Source: Macrostomum lignano
Taxonomy: Eukaryota
Length of the DNA: 64,000 nt
NCBI GenBank assembly: GCA_002269645.1
Contig: NIVC01003228.1
Coordinates: forward strand, 1 to 64,000
Direction of reading: 5' to 3'
Shown here: positions 1 through 21,653 of the stretch, piece by piece
How the letters are laid out: every line of letters begins with the position of its first letter
Position numbering within the stretch: position 1 is the stretch's first letter
Made by a program: the position numbers and the translations under genes
The notes under the pieces: model-generated
Told to the model about the DNA's origin: nothing
The model's input: only the letters and a program-made list of their open reading frames with translations
Databases searched by the model: none

Positions 1-1318
1 GAGAGGGAGACGGAGGGAGAGGGAGACAGGGGAGAGGGAACAGGGCGAGAGGGAGACAGGGAAAAGGATCGAGGAGTAGAGGGGTGGAGAGGGAGAGGGG
101 AAGACAGCAACCAACAGAGAGAGACAGGGGGGAGAACAGAGAGAGACAGGGGGGAGAACAGAGAGAGACAGGGGGGAGAGGGAGACAGGGGAAAAGGATC
201 GAGGAGTAGAGGGGGTGGAGAGGGAGAGGGGAAGACAGCAACCAACAGAGAGAGACAGGGGGGAGAGGGAGACAGGGCGAGAGGGGAGACAGGGGAAAAG
301 GATCGAGGAGTAGAGGGGGTGGAGAGGGAGAGGGGAAGACAGCAACCAACAGAGAGAGACAGGGGGAGAGGGAGACAGGGCGAGAGGGAGACAGGGGAAA
401 AGGATCGAGGAGTAGAGGGGTGGAGAGGGAGAGGGGAAGACAGCAACCAACAGAGAGAGACAGGGGGAGAGGGAGACAGGGCGAGAGGGAGACAGGGGAA
501 AAGGATCGAGAGTAGAGGGGTGGAGAGGGAGAGGGGAAGACAGCAACCAACAGAGAGAGACAGGGGGGAGAGGGAGACAGGGCGAGAGGGAGACAGGGGA
601 AAAGGATCGAGGAGTAGAGGGGTTGGAGAGGGAGAGGGGAAGACAGCAACCAACAGAGAGAGACAGGGGGAGAGGGAGACAGGGCGAGAGGGAGACAGGG
701 GAAAAGGATCGAGGAGTAGAGGGGTGGAGAGGGAGAGGGGAAGACAGCAACCAACAGAGAGAGACAGGGGGAGAGGGAGACAGGGCGAGAGGGAGACAGG
801 GGAAAAGGATCGAGGAGTAGAGGGGGTGGAGAGGGAGAGGGGAAGACAGCAACCAACAGAGAGAGACAGGGGGAGAACAGAGAGAGACAGGGGGAGAGGG
901 AGACAGGGCGAGAGGGAGACAGGGGAAAAGGATCGAGGAGTAGAGGGGGTGGAGAGGGAGAGGGGAAGACAGCAACCAACAGAGAGAGACAGGGGGGAGA
1001 GGGAGACAGGGCGAGAGGGAGACAGGGGAAAAGGATCGAGGAGTAGAGGGGGTGGAGAGGGAGAGGGGAAGACAGCAACCAACAGAGAGAGACAGGGGGA
1101 GAACAGAGAGAGACAGGGGGGAGAGGGAGACAGGGCGAGAGGGAGACAGGGGAAAAGGATCGAGGAGTAGAGGGGTGGAGAGGGAGAGGGGAAGACAGCA
1201 ACCAACAGAGAGAGACAGGGGGGAGAGGGAGACAGGGCGAGAGGGAGACAGGGGAAAAGGATCGAGGAGTAGAGGGGGTGGAGAGGGAGAGGGAAGACAG
1301 CAACCAACAGAGAGAGAC
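1..1318. repeat. ~100-bp purine-rich minisatellite
   Basis: Unit GGGGAGAGGGAGACAGGGCGAGAGGGAGACAGGGGAAAAGGATCGAGGAGTAGAGGGGTGGAGAGGGAGAGGGGAAGACAGCAACCAACAGAGAGAGACA repeated with small indels; runs off the window start. Confidence 0.95.
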
Positions 1319-2299
1319 AATGCGCAGTGCAGGAGGCGCCAGGGGGCTGAACTCCCCAGCTTCATTTTCACTTTCAATTGGAATTTGTCAAGCCTGAAAA
1401 CCGGACCAGCTGGCCTTCGAAGGACAGGCAGATGGCCTTTGAGTGACGGCTTTTTTCCAGTTTCCCATCGGGGCCAACAGTCGCACTTTTAGATTAATTA
1501 ATAATTAATTGATTTGCTTGAGTTGCGCAAACTGCTTTCCGTTTTAAGGCCCGTTGCCACTTAATTTTGTGACTAATGCAATCGGTGCATTGCAAATTCA
1601 TGTAAATCACTGCGATAGTCTTCAAGCAGAGGGACAGATATTTGCTTTAATGATTTTTCTGCTTGTAGACATTGCTTCTAGAAGTGGGCTAACAAAGATG
1701 GGATGGGATATTGGCACGAGTGAATGGAGAATCTCTGGAGCAGAGAGGAGCGATAGAGGGAGCGCGGAGCAGGCAAGACATGAAATTTGACACCCCGGTG
1801 CTCCCAGGGTGTCTCGGGATGAGGCTGGCTGGGATTCCTTCATCTCTGCGCTGCATGCTTGGCAATCAGGCTGTCAAATGTCAGAATGTACTTTAACTGG
1901 CCAAGGATAAGCTGAAGGTGCAACGCATTTATTTTTGAGCACGAGCCCAGAATTACTCATAATGCGGCCCGGCACGGCAGCGAACCCCGTGTAATGAAAA
2001 GCGCCTTAGCTGGCGGGAGATGGCGGGACAGAGAGTGAGGCTGAGGCTAAAGAAATAAGCGGCAGGTGCGCTGCAAAACACTTCTTTTCCCTTCTTCTTG
2101 AGGAACCCCGACTCTCAGAACTGCATATGAGGCGTGTTTTTGCACTGCCGCTGTCATATTTCAAAGAATCAATAGGACAGGATGGGGAGATGCGCACGGC
2201 TGTCTGAGTACCTGTTGAATGCAGGTAGTATTGGGGAAGCAGTGGGTGGATGGGAACAGTTGGATTGTAGGAAGAGGGAAACAGAGCGATAGACAAGGA

Positions 2300-2795
2300 G
2301 TTACAGAGGGAGATCGGGGAGGCTGGGAGGGAAGATAGGGGAGATAAGGGGAGATCGGGGAGGCTGGGAGGGAAGATAGGGGAGATAAGGGAGATCGGGG
2401 AGGCTGGGAGGGAAGATAGGGGAGATAAGGGAGATCGGAGGGCTGATAAGGAAGATAGGGGGAGATAAGGGAGATCGGGGAGGCTGGGAGGGAAGATAGG
2501 GGGAGATAAGGGAGATCGGGGAGGCTGGGAGGGAAGATAGGGGGAGATAAGGGAGATCGGGGAGGCTGGGAGGGAAGATAGGGGGAGATAAGGGAGATCG
2601 GGAGGCTGGGAGGGAAGATAGGGGGAGATAAGGGAGATCGGAGGGCTGATAAGGAAGATAGGGGGAGATAAGGGAGATCGGGGAGGCTGGGAGGGAAGAT
2701 AGGGGGAGATAAGGGAGATCGGGGAGGCTGGGAGGGAAGATAGGGAAGATAAGGGAGATCGGAGGGCTGATAAGGAAGCTAGGGGAGATAACCGA
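2300..2795. repeat. ~39-40-bp minisatellite
   Basis: GGGGAGATAAGGGAGATCGGGGAGGCTGGGAGGGAAGATA repeated in tandem. Confidence 0.95.
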
Positions 2796-3879
2796 GAGGA
2801 GATAAGCAGACAAGTCTGGAAGGAGATCGAAAACAAAATCGGCGGGCAGGAGACTTTGAACTATGAAGAAAATCAAGATTATCGCAAAAAATCAGAGGTC
2901 CATACTGGCTGGCGTGGATGTGCTCCCAACACATTGGACGGGGGAGCATGAATCCAAGGAGGCGGACAGGTAGGCCGCTGACGGAATTAATGGATGGACA
3001 GGTTTGTCTTGAAACACACATGTCGGAGGAAATGAAATAAACTAATGAAAAAACTGGGACCTGGCAGTCTTGGGGATTTGAGTGGCGTGATGGAGCAGGC
3101 CAGTAGCCGGCAGTGCAGCCGCCTTACCCTGTACTGGTTGGTGGCCTCGATGCGATGCCCGCGCTCTCCTTGCAGTCGATTGCCTGCAGCTCAGACAGAA
3201 GAGACGGTGGCGTGAGAGCGGCAGATTTCCAGCTTCCCAGGGGGAATCGCGCAGCAGCAGACGGGCAGCTTTCCCACAAGGCCTTTTATTCACTCCCTGC
3301 CTTATCTCGCCCTTGCACGCTAGTTTTCTCGCCCCAGCCAATCACAGGGCCGCGACCTTCAGTCCGCTGAGCTATTTTTAGCTACAGATGGGTTGCCCCG
3401 CCCTCTTCAGCCAATCGTCCGTCTCGGCCCAGTATTCAGGAGAATGCCTGCTCCACCAAGGCATCCTTCTTAACTCATGCGCGTGGGCGGCTGCAGGCTT
3501 TGCAACAATGATATTATCGCTCATTAATTGATCGCCCATTAAGGCCGACCCAGTGAAACTGATGCCTAATCTTCTAATTGGAGTAGATCCGAGCCAAAGA
3601 GCCAAAGAGATTTAACTAAGGCTTGCTTGAGACAGAATTCTGGCGCTTATTCTTCATTACAAACCAGTGCCTGACTCAGGTGAGCTGGGAGCATTGCTAT
3701 CTTTCACAATGGACCATGCGATCTCCACCGGGCACAGGTTCAAGAGCTAGTTAATGAGCTGAAAAGTTATTTGCGGGTTGCTCGTTTAGTAAACTGGTAA
3801 CGAGTAAAGCCCTTTTTACTTGTGTGGCAACTTTGAGCTGACTCGCGTCTTCAACTCTTCTCCATTCACCCATTGATCG

Positions 3880-4965
3880 CCTTAACTCCCTCATTCACTC
3901 TCCCTCATTCACGCTCCCTCATTCACTCTACCTCATTCACTCTCCCTCATTCACTCTCCCTCATTCACTCTACCTCATTCACTCTCCCTCATTCACTCTC
4001 CCTCATTCACGCTCCATCATTCACTCTACCTCATTCACTCTCCCTCATTCACTCTCCCTCATTCACTCTCCCTCATTAACGCTCCCTCATTCACTCTCCC
4101 TCACTGACTCTCCCTAACTCACTCTCCCTCATTGACCATATCTCACTCACTCCCTCATTGACCATACCTCATTCACTCTCCCTCATTCACACTCCCTCAT
4201 TGACCATATCTCACTCACTCCCTCATTGACCATATCTCGCTCACTCCCTCATTGACCATATCTCATTCAATCTCCCTCATTGACCATATCTCATTCACTC
4301 CCTCATCGACCATATCTCATTCACTCCCTCATCGACCATATCTCATTCACTCCCTCATCGACCATATCTCATTCACTCCCTCATCGACCATATCTCATTC
4401 ACTCTCCCTCATTGACCATCTCATTCACTCCCTCATTGATTATATCTCATTCACTCCCTCATTGACCATATCTCACTCACTCCCTCATTGACCATCTCAT
4501 TCACTCTCCCTCATTGACCATATCTCACTCACTCCCTCATTGACCATATCTCATTCACTCCCTCATTGACCATATCTCATTCACTCTCCCTCATTGACCA
4601 TATCTCACTCACTCCCTCATTGACCATCTCTCACTCACTCCCTCATTGACCATATCATTCACTCTCCCTCATTGACCATATCTCACTCACTCCCTCATTG
4701 ACCATATCTCATTCACTCCCTCATTGACCATATCTCACTCACTCCCTCATTGACCATATCTCATTCACTCCCTCATTGACCATATCTCATTCACTCTCCC
4801 TCATTGACCATATCTCACTCACTCCCTCATTGACCATATCTCATTCACTCTCCCTCATTGACCATATCTCACTCACTCCCTCATTGACCATATCTCATTC
4901 ACTCTCCCTCATTGACCATATCTCACTCACTCCCTCATTGACCATATCTCATTCACTCTCCCTCA
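3880..4965. repeat. pyrimidine-rich compound minisatellite
   Basis: TCATTCACTCTCCC and TCATTGACCATATC subunits in tandem. Confidence 0.95.
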
Positions 4966-5562
4966 CTACCCTTGATTAAATCTCACTCGGCTTACATGCA
5001 CTCTCAGGTTGTTTACAAGAAACTCTTCACTAAAATTTTATGTTGTGATAATGTTATTGGCGTAACATATCGGGAGGTGAGAACAGTCTCAGAAATATAC
5101 CTCACCAAGAGTCGGCATGAGCAGTGACTTTAGGGTTGCATCATTAAAGACCGCGGTGATGAATTTGGAGCAGCACTTTGCCCCAGTCTGACGCAAGTTA
5201 AGCAAAGCAGGACAAGTGCTCGTTCTAAAAATTGAACTCGCAAATATTTTTGAAGCCGAACAAAAATACTTCAGTCGATCTGGCGCGAACTTCGCAAGCC
5301 CTGAAAAGTAGCAGAAGAAGCCATTGGGGAGCTCTGGGCTATGAATAGCCAGCAGGCTCTCTTGGCCTTTGTGCCAACTCCACTCCACTCTGCCTGCTGA
5401 ATTGTTTCTGGCGCACGCAGCCTTTGTAGTAACCTGCTGACCGACAGGACTAGCAAGCGCACGCAGCTTATTGTAAGAGGGTAGATAGGTGGGTGGGCTG
5501 AGAGGGACACAGAGATTGAAATGGAGACAGATAGATCGAAAGGGATCAGACTGAGAGAATAA

Positions 5563-5892
5563 GAGGGAGATAGAGAGACTGAGAGAATAAGAGGGAGATA
5601 GAGAGACTGAGAGAATAAGAGGGAGATAGAGAGACTGAGAGAATAAGAGGGAGATAGAGAGACTGAGAGAATAAGAGGGAGATAGAGAGACTGAGAGAAT
5701 AAGAGGGAGATAGAGAGACTGAGAGAATAAGAGGGAGATAGAGAGACTGAGAGAATAAGAGGGAGATAGAGAGACTGAGAGAATAAGAGGGAGATAGAGA
5801 GACTGAGAGAATAAGAGGGAGATAGAGAGACTGAGAGAATAAGAGGGAGATAGAGAGACTGAGAGAATAAGAGGGAGATAGAGAGACTGAGA
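5563..5892. repeat. 28-bp minisatellite
   Basis: GAGAGACTGAGAGAATAAGAGGGAGATA in tandem. Confidence 0.95.
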
Positions 5893-5967
5893 TACCAAGG
5901 GAGATTCAAGAAAGAGGGTCAGAGGGGAGAGAGATAGAAGCATAGAGGCAACAGAACAAAAGTTTTA

Positions 5968-6014
5968 GGTGGGTAGGTAGGTAGGTAGGTAGGTAGGCAG
6001 GTAGGCAGGTAGGT

Positions 6015-6069
<55 letters not shown>

Positions 6070-6070
6070 T

Positions 6071-6109
<39 letters not shown>

Positions 6110-6182
6110 TAGGTAGGTAGGCAGGCAGGCAGGCAGGCAGGCAGGTAGGTAGGCAAGCAGGCAGGTAGGCAGGCAGGTAGGT
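5968..6182. repeat. (GGCA/GGTA)n microsatellite
   Basis: Direct inspection. Confidence 0.95.
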
Positions 6183-7044
6183 ACTCATATATAGTTAAGC
6201 TGCTAGGTTCGCTAAGATGAGCTGCAGGTATCAGGCTTGCATGAATATTTCTAACGTGCCCCAATGCAAATTAACAAGGCAATTGTGATGACTAAGCCAC
6301 AAATTCTTTAGCAGAGATACGCTAGTATTTACCCGCAGCTACTCACGGGAACTGTTACTCGAGTAGTGCATAAAGCATTGGTATATTTATCGGCATGGCT
6401 GAATTTTGCGATTGCGCGATGAGCAGAAGCGCGAGACTAGCAGCTAATGCAAGCAGACGGGATCACAATAAAGCACTGCTGTGGCTCTCTAAACAAGACG
6501 GCAGCATAGAGTGCAGCAAGAGGCCGCTGTAAGAAATACTGGAATATTGAGCCAAATCGGAGGCTCCGGCCAGCTCGTAGGGGCAATTTGCTCAGCAAAA
6601 ACTGCGTTCCGGGAATTTCAATTAGACAAAATTGGGAAATCGAAATCAGAAATATTTTAAATATAAAAAATCGATGGGCGCTGGTAAAAACATAAACACA
6701 TTTGCTAAAGTACAAAGTGCACTGCCTATTGCTGGAAGCTGTATCGCATTCCCTGGGGAAAATACGCAGGGCAATCGGAGAGAAGCAGACCAAGCAAAAT
6801 TATACTGCTTTGTAAACAGGAATAATTATTGCACAAAACAGCTAGAAACACTCAACTGTGGAGACTTTAAGTAGAGACCGGTGCCGATGCACAGGTAGTG
6901 ATGCAGGGGATGCAGGGAGGCTGAGCTATTGGAATGAAAGAGGAGCTAACGTGAGATAAGGGGAGTGATAGGAAGGCGAAATAACTGACGGGCTGCGAGG
7001 AGGGACACAGAACCTAAAGAGGGAGACAGAGTCGAAGAGAGAGA

Positions 7045-8992
7045 CAACAGAAGCGGAACAGCAGAAGAACAGCGGAAGCAGAACAGCAGAAGCAGAACAG
7101 CAGAGCAGAACAGCAGAACAGCAGAAGCAGAACAGCAGAAGAACAGCACAAGCAGAACAGCAGAAGAACAGCACAAGCAGAACAGAAGCAGATCAGCAGA
7201 AGCAGAACAGCAGAAGAACAGCAGAACAGCAGAAGCAGAACAGCAGAAGAACAGCAGAAGCAGAACAGCAGAAGAACAGCAGAAGCAGAACAGCAGAAGA
7301 ACAGCAGAAGCAGAACAGCAGAAGAACAGCACAAGCAGAACAGAAGCAGAGCAGCAGAAGCAGAACAGCAGAAGAACAGCGGAAGCAGAACAGCAGAAGA
7401 ACAGCAGAAGCAGAACAGCAGAAGAACAGCAGAAGCAGAAGAACAGCACAAGCAGAACAGAAGCAGAGCAGCAGAAGCAGAACAGCAGAAGAACAGCAGA
7501 AGCAGAACAGAAGCAGAGCAGCAGAAGCAGAACAGCAGAACAGCACAAGCAGAACAGCAGAAGAACAGCACAAGCAGAACAGCAGAACAGCACAAGCAGA
7601 ACAGAAGCAGAGCAGCAGAAGCAGAACAGCAGAACAGCAGAAGCAGAACAGCAGAAGCAGAACAGCAGAAGCAGAACAGCAGAAGAACAGCAGAAGAACA
7701 GCGGAAGCAGAACAGCAGAAGAACAGCAGAAGCAGAACAGCAGAAGAACAGCAGAAGCAGAACAGCAGAAGAACAGCACAAGCAGAACAGAAGCAGAGCA
7801 GCAGAAGCAGAACAGCAGAAGAACAGCGGAAGCAGAACAGCAGAAGAACAGCAGAAGCAGAACAGCAGAAGAACAGCAAGAGCAGAAGAACAGCACAAGC
7901 AGAACAGAAGCAGAGCAGCAGAAGCAGAACAGCAGAAGAACAGCACAAGCAGAACAGAAGCAGAGCAGCAGAAGCAGAACAGCAGAAGAACAGCAGAAGC
8001 AGAACAGCAGAAGAACAGCACAAGCAGAACAGCAGAACAGCACAAGCAGAACAGAAGCAGAGCAGCAGAAGCAGAACAGCAGAACAGCAGAAGCAGAACA
8101 GCAGAAGCAGAACAGCAGAAGCAGAACAGCAGAAGAACAGCAGAAGAACAGCGGAAGCAGAACAGCAGAAGCAGAACAGCAGAAGAACAGCAGAACAGCA
8201 GAAGCAGAACAGCAGAAGAACAGCAGAAGCAGAACAGAAGCAGAGCAGCAGAAGCAGAACAGCAGAAGCAGAACAACAGAAGCAGAACAGCAGAAGCAGA
8301 ACAGAAGCAGAGCAGCAGAAGAACAGCAGAACAGCAGAAGCAGAACAGCAGAAGAACAGCACAAGCAGAACATCAGAAGAACAGCAGAAGCAGAACAGCA
8401 GAAGAACAGCAGAAGCAGAACAGAAGCAGAGCAGCAGAAGCAGAACAGCAGAAGCAGAACAGCAGAAGCAGAACAGCAGAAGCAGAACAGAAGCAGAGCA
8501 GCAGAAGAACAGCAGAACAACAGAAGCAGAACAGCAGAAGAACAGCAGAAGCAGAACAGCAGAAGAACAGCAGAAGCAGAACAGCAGAAGAACAGCACAA
8601 GCAGAACAGAAGCAGAGCAGCAGAAGCAGAACAGCAGAAGAACAGCACAAGCAGAACAGCAGAACAGCACAAGCAGAACAGAAGCAGAGCAGCAGAAGCA
8701 GAACAGCAGAACAGCAGAAGCAGAACAGCAGAAGCAGAACAGCAGAAGCAGAAGCAGAACAGCAGAAGCAGAACAGCAGAAGAACAGCAGAAGAACAGCG
8801 GAAGCAGAACAGCAGAAGAACAGCAGAACAGCAGAAGAACAGCAGAACAGCAGAAGCAGAACAGCACAAGAACAGCAGAAGCAGAACAGCAGAAGCAGAA
8901 CAGCAGAAGCAGAACAGAAGCAGAGCAGCAGAAGCAGAACAGAAGCAGAGCAGCAGAAGCAGAACAGAAGCAGAGCAGCAGAAGCAGAACAG
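7045..8992. repeat. CAG/AAG-based compound minisatellite
   Basis: AGCAGAACAGCAGAAGAAC-type subunits over ~1.9 kb; produces spurious C/F/L/S ORFs. Confidence 0.95.
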
Positions 8993-9639
8993 GGATTTGT
9001 CCAACAGATGGCAAGCCGTTCACGCAGACGGGCAGACTCCAACAGGGGTTGGGTGATTCGGAGTTACTAGAATCAAAGCGCGCACAGACAATCACAAAAT
9101 GATCACAAAATGCGCTTACCATGGTAGCAAATGAATGCGGGGTACTTGCTTTACACGAGTCTGAAATAATTATTGCGCACACATAATATCACAACCTAAC
9201 ACTGACTAAATAGCTTTAGACGTACTATGGAATCTAACAGTGCATAAAATTGTATGAAAAACAAATAATAACGGCGCATACAATGCGATTAGCACTACTG
9301 CCGACAAGTAGCCAGACTAGCATCAGGCGGTGCAAAACAAAACCAGATACAGATAATTAGCAATCTTAGTAAAATACGCATTGAACGGGGGGTTGGATAG
9401 ATCTGTGGAAGAGCAACGGAAATTGAACAAGCTTTGCTGCAATAACAGCTGCGTCTGCTAGGGGCAGAAATCCTTAAATAATACATTGAAGTCATCTAGC
9501 ATAAGCAAAGCGAAGCAAACAGCTGAAAAAATTTCTGCAAAAATTAGAATTTTGAGTTTGATCCTGAAAACAGGATAGGGAGCGGAATGGTACAGAGGGC
9601 GGAATGGTACAGGCAGAATGGATATGATAGGGGTATCAG

Positions 9640-11590
9640 ATTGGTGAATGGGCATCAGATTGGTGAATGGGTATCAGATTGGTGAATGGGCATCAGATTG
9701 GTGAATGGGCATCAGATTCGTGAATGGGCATCAGATTGGTGAATGGGCATCAGATTGGTGAATGGGCATCAGATTCGTGAATGGGCATCAGATTGGTGAA
9801 TGGGCATCAGATTGGTGAATGGGCATCAGATTCGTGAATGGGCATCAGATTGGTGAATGGGCATCAGATTGGTGAATGGGCATCAGATTGGTGAATGGGC
9901 ATCAGATTGGTGAATGGGCATCAGATTCGTGAATGGGCATCAGATTGGTGAATGGGCATCAGCTTGGTGAATGGGCATCGAGTTGGTGAATGGGCATCAG
10001 ATTCGTGAATGGGCATCAGATTCGTGAATGGGCATCAGATTCGTGAATGGGCATCAGATTGGTGAATGGGCATCAGATTGGTGAATGGGCATCGGGTTGG
10101 TGAATGGGCATCAGATTGGTGAATGGGCATCAGATTCGTGAATGGGCATCAGATTGGTGAATGGGCATCAGATTGGTGAATGGGCATCAGATTGGTGAAT
10201 GGGCATCAGATTGGTGAATGGGCATCAGATTCGTGAATGGGCATCAGATTGGTGAATGGGCATCAGATTCGTGAATGGGCATCAGATTCGTGAATGGGCA
10301 TCGGGTTGGTGAATGGGCATCAGATTGGTGAATGGGCATCAGATTGGTGAATGGGCATCGGGTTGGTGAATGGGCATCAGATTGGTGAATGGGCATCAGA
10401 TTCGTGAATGGGCATCAGATTGGTGAATGGGCATCAGATTCGTGAATGGGCATCAGATTGGTGAATGGGCATCAGATTAGTGAATGGGCATCAGATTGGT
10501 GAATGGGCATCAGATTGGTGAATGGGCATCGGGTTGGTGAATAGGCATCAGATTGGTGAATGGGAATCGGGTTGGTGAATGGGCATCAGATTGGTGAATG
10601 GGCATCAGATTGGTGAATGGGCATCGGGTTGGTGAATGGGCATCAGATTGGTGAATGGGCATCAGATTGGTGAATGGGCATCAGATTGGTGAATGGGCAT
10701 CAGATTCGTGAATGGGCATCAGATTCGTGAATGGGCATCAGATTAGTGAATGGGCATCAGGTTGGTGAATGGGCATCGAGTTGGTGAATGGGCATCAGAT
10801 TCGTGAATGGGCATCAGATTGGTGAATGGGCATCAGATTGGTGAATGGGCATCAGATTGGTGAATGGGCATCAGATTGGTGAATGGGTATCAGATTGGTG
10901 AATGGGCATCAGATTCGTGAATGGGCATCAGATTGGTGAATGGGCATCGGGTCGGTGAATGGGCATCAGATTGGTGAATGGGCATCAGATTGGTGAATGG
11001 GCATCGGGTTGGTGAATGGGCATCAGATTGGTGAATGGGCATCAGATTCGTGAATAGGCATCAGATTGGTGAATGGGCATCAGATTGGTGAATGGGCATC
11101 AGATTGGTGAATGGGCATCAGATTCGTGAATGGGCATCAGATTGGTGAATGGGCATCAGATTAGTGAATGGGCATCAGATTGGTGAATGGGCATCAGATT
11201 GGTGAATGGGCATCGGGTTGGTGAATGGGCATCAGATTGGTGAATGGGCATCAGATTCGTGAATGGGCATCAGATTGGTGAATGGGCATCAGATTGGTGA
11301 ATGGGCATCGGGTTGGTGAATGGGCATCAGATTGGTGAATGGGCATCAGATTGGTGAATGGGCATCAGATTGGTGAATGGGCATCAGATTCGTGAATGGG
11401 CATCAGATTGGTGAATGGGCATCAGATTAGTGAATGGGCATCAGGTTGGTGAATGGGCATCGAGTTGGTGAATGGGCATCAGATTCGTGAATGGGCATCA
11501 GATTGGTGAATGGGCATCAGATTGGTGAATGGGCATCAGATTGGTGAATGGGCATCAGATTAGTGAATGGGCATCAGATTGGTGAATGGG
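9640..11590. repeat. 19-bp minisatellite, ~100 copies
   Basis: ATTGGTGAATGGGCATCAG in tandem; ends 5 bp from the DYRK stop codon. Confidence 0.97.
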
Positions 11591-11594
11591 AAAC

Positions 11595-19137
<7,543 letters not shown>

Positions 19138-20475
19138 GCGATGTCTGATTTGTTGTGCTAGCCATGAAATTCCCAGTCGTGGCCATAGTCAGTGGTCCAT
19201 AAACCATTTGGCTGTTGCATAAAATTTTTTAGAAAGAAATCCGAGATACAAAAAGTTTAATTCAAAATGATTAATTCAAATTCAAATTCAAATTAATTCA
19301 AAATGAAGGTGTATTAACAGACTTTGATATAAAACTATATAGAATTTAGGACTTGCACCAAGGGTATTAATAATACTTAAATGTGAAAACTAACCATAGT
19401 CCAGATTATGCTGATTGGTAGAAAGTTTTAGTACTCCTGAAATTTATGCCACATATGCCAACTTGAAAGCTTTGCTTACTATTCATACAAACAAAGAAAT
19501 CAAAGAACTTATAAAAGAAAAAATTCTTAAAGACAAGCATATATACTTGCTATAATTTATAGATAAGAATTTTCTCTATACTAGCCTTTAAAAAACATGT
19601 CAACATGAACTTTTAATTTAAAATTAAACTAACATAATTTTGCTAATATATATATAGTATATAGCTAAATTTTTATATACACTAAGCATTCCAATTTCTT
19701 TGCCAACTTCTGACATAAAACATTTGTTTAATTATGCAAAAAATTCTAGACAATGGAATATTGAATCTAAATAAGTAAATTACACTTGCATAGGCAATCA
19801 ATAAAAATTATATAAATGGATATATATTTCCAAATTTTTAATATAGATTAGCAATATGCAGCCTTAAAAGTACTAGCAATATAAAAGGTGCATGTCTAAA
19901 ATGGATACACACAAAGGTGACTATAGTTCTAATTGGCTTATCTAAGGAGAGGTAGCTTTCAATATATTTTAATATGATAGACTATTTCTAGCTACTAAGA
20001 TATAGAAAAGACCATTGTGTATATCCCTTTCGTTTCAACTATGATTTGACTATAATTAACTATAATTACCAGTTATATATATTGGTTACTATTCAAAAGC
20101 TATCTAATACTAGATAGTTTGGCAAATGAGATAAGGAGTTTGATATGGGGGAATTGATAAGAGAGCTTCCATTCCTATACCTTAATCTGTGGCCACCTTG
20201 GTCTGTCATTGTAAAATAATATTAGAAAGCAAAAAAGATTATAATAGTGAATACTATTATTTTTTCTAGAAAAATCTCTATTAAATTTTTGGGTAACACT
20301 ATATATACTTTTTGTACTTTAGTATTAATGGACAAATATGAATGTAAAAGACTGTAAAAAATATTGTATAAGATAAAATTTTCTGACTATATATGCATTA
20401 AAAGATTTTATCATTTTTAATTTTGAGATATATACCTATTGACATTGTTATATTATTAGTATTGCAAACATACAT

Positions 20476-20631
20476 GCGCAACCTTGGGAATCACCCGGCC
20501 GTTTCTATTGGCAACACACACATGTAAGTCGCTATTGGCTGAGAGCAGTCACGTGACTACTATTCTGTCCAATAGCGACTTACGTGTGTGTGTTGCCAAT
20601 AGAAACGGCCGGGTGAATCCCTAGGTTGCGC
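20476..20631. repeat. 156-bp foldback palindrome (MITE-like)
   Basis: 63-bp arms at 20476-20538 and 20569-20631 with 3 mismatches; central AGTCACGTGACT palindrome; no clear TSD. Confidence 0.85.
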
Positions 20632-21653
20632 CCAAGCATGATTGCAAATGGGATATAGAGTCAAATATATATTTAATGTACTATAATTATTAAATTAAGT
20701 TAACTGATCAGCTTGGTACAATTGGTACAATGTGCTATACATAAAAATCTATAGTTTATATTGGAGTTAGCACTTAGCAGATCTTTAAAAAATGAATGTT
20801 GCAATTTTTTATTTGAATTCTGTTTTCTGTTTTCTGAATTCTGTCCATCCATGAAATAAAACAAGCATGGATGGACGAAGGAACCTTTCAAAAAGTGATA
20901 ATGCTTGAAAGAAATGGTCAAAGGCAAATATTAGGTATATTAAAATATTACACCAAAAATATTCCATATTCTTAGCAATTGGGGGGCAATGCCTAGTAGG
21001 TCAATGTAAATAAGTTGAAAGGTTGAATACTCCAAACAGAATATGCAGAAATATCAAAATTCCACATATACTAAGCAGGGGTGTCGGAACTACTTTCAAA
21101 GTGGGGGGGCTCAATAAAAAAGGGCAGATCTGAGTTACTTCAATGCAAATCGAGGGGCAAAAATTTCAACTAATGTAAGTTCATTCATGCATTAAAAAGT
21201 AATTTAATTTCACAACAAAGTACAACCCATTACATATAGCTAATAAAACTCGTAAAATAACTATATATTTACTATTTAGTTGTGCATTTTAGTTTACACA
21301 ATGAGCAGACAGCGACAGCAGTTTAAAAAAAACAAAAATTTACAACTAATTGTACTGTACTTAGATACTCATAGAACTATACATGTATATGTAGTGGAGC
21401 AAATAAATTACTGATCATTAGAGCAATAGTTTATTGAAGTGTTGCAGGACGCAGGTATTGCATTGATTTGATGTTGACAGTACATGTAAGTTTATAGGAA
21501 TATGAAATGAACATTTGAATTTCAATTTGCTCCATTAAGCAAGTCACGTTCATATCAGATACTCGTAATGCAAAAATATATAGCAGTAGGTAGCCAGTAG
21601 TAGTAGCAAACTATGAAAACTGAATAAAAGTCAGTAGTCAGAAGCTCCAAATT

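Noticed and set aside
2169-3290. Possible minus-strand exons (donor at 3128, acceptor at 2211, ending GYSDSRAHLPILSY*) as extra DYRK 3' exons
   Set aside because: DYRK exon 5 reaches a stop at 11595 with no good donor, and the peptide has no recognisable homology; needs RNA-seq
5100-6800. Short open stretches between repeats that might be decayed transposase pieces
   Set aside because: No diagnostic motif could be recognised in any frame
319-9182. Long low-complexity ORFs (RE/G-rich, SLP-rich, CFLS-rich)
   Set aside because: They are translations of stop-free tandem repeats, open in several frames, with no domain signal
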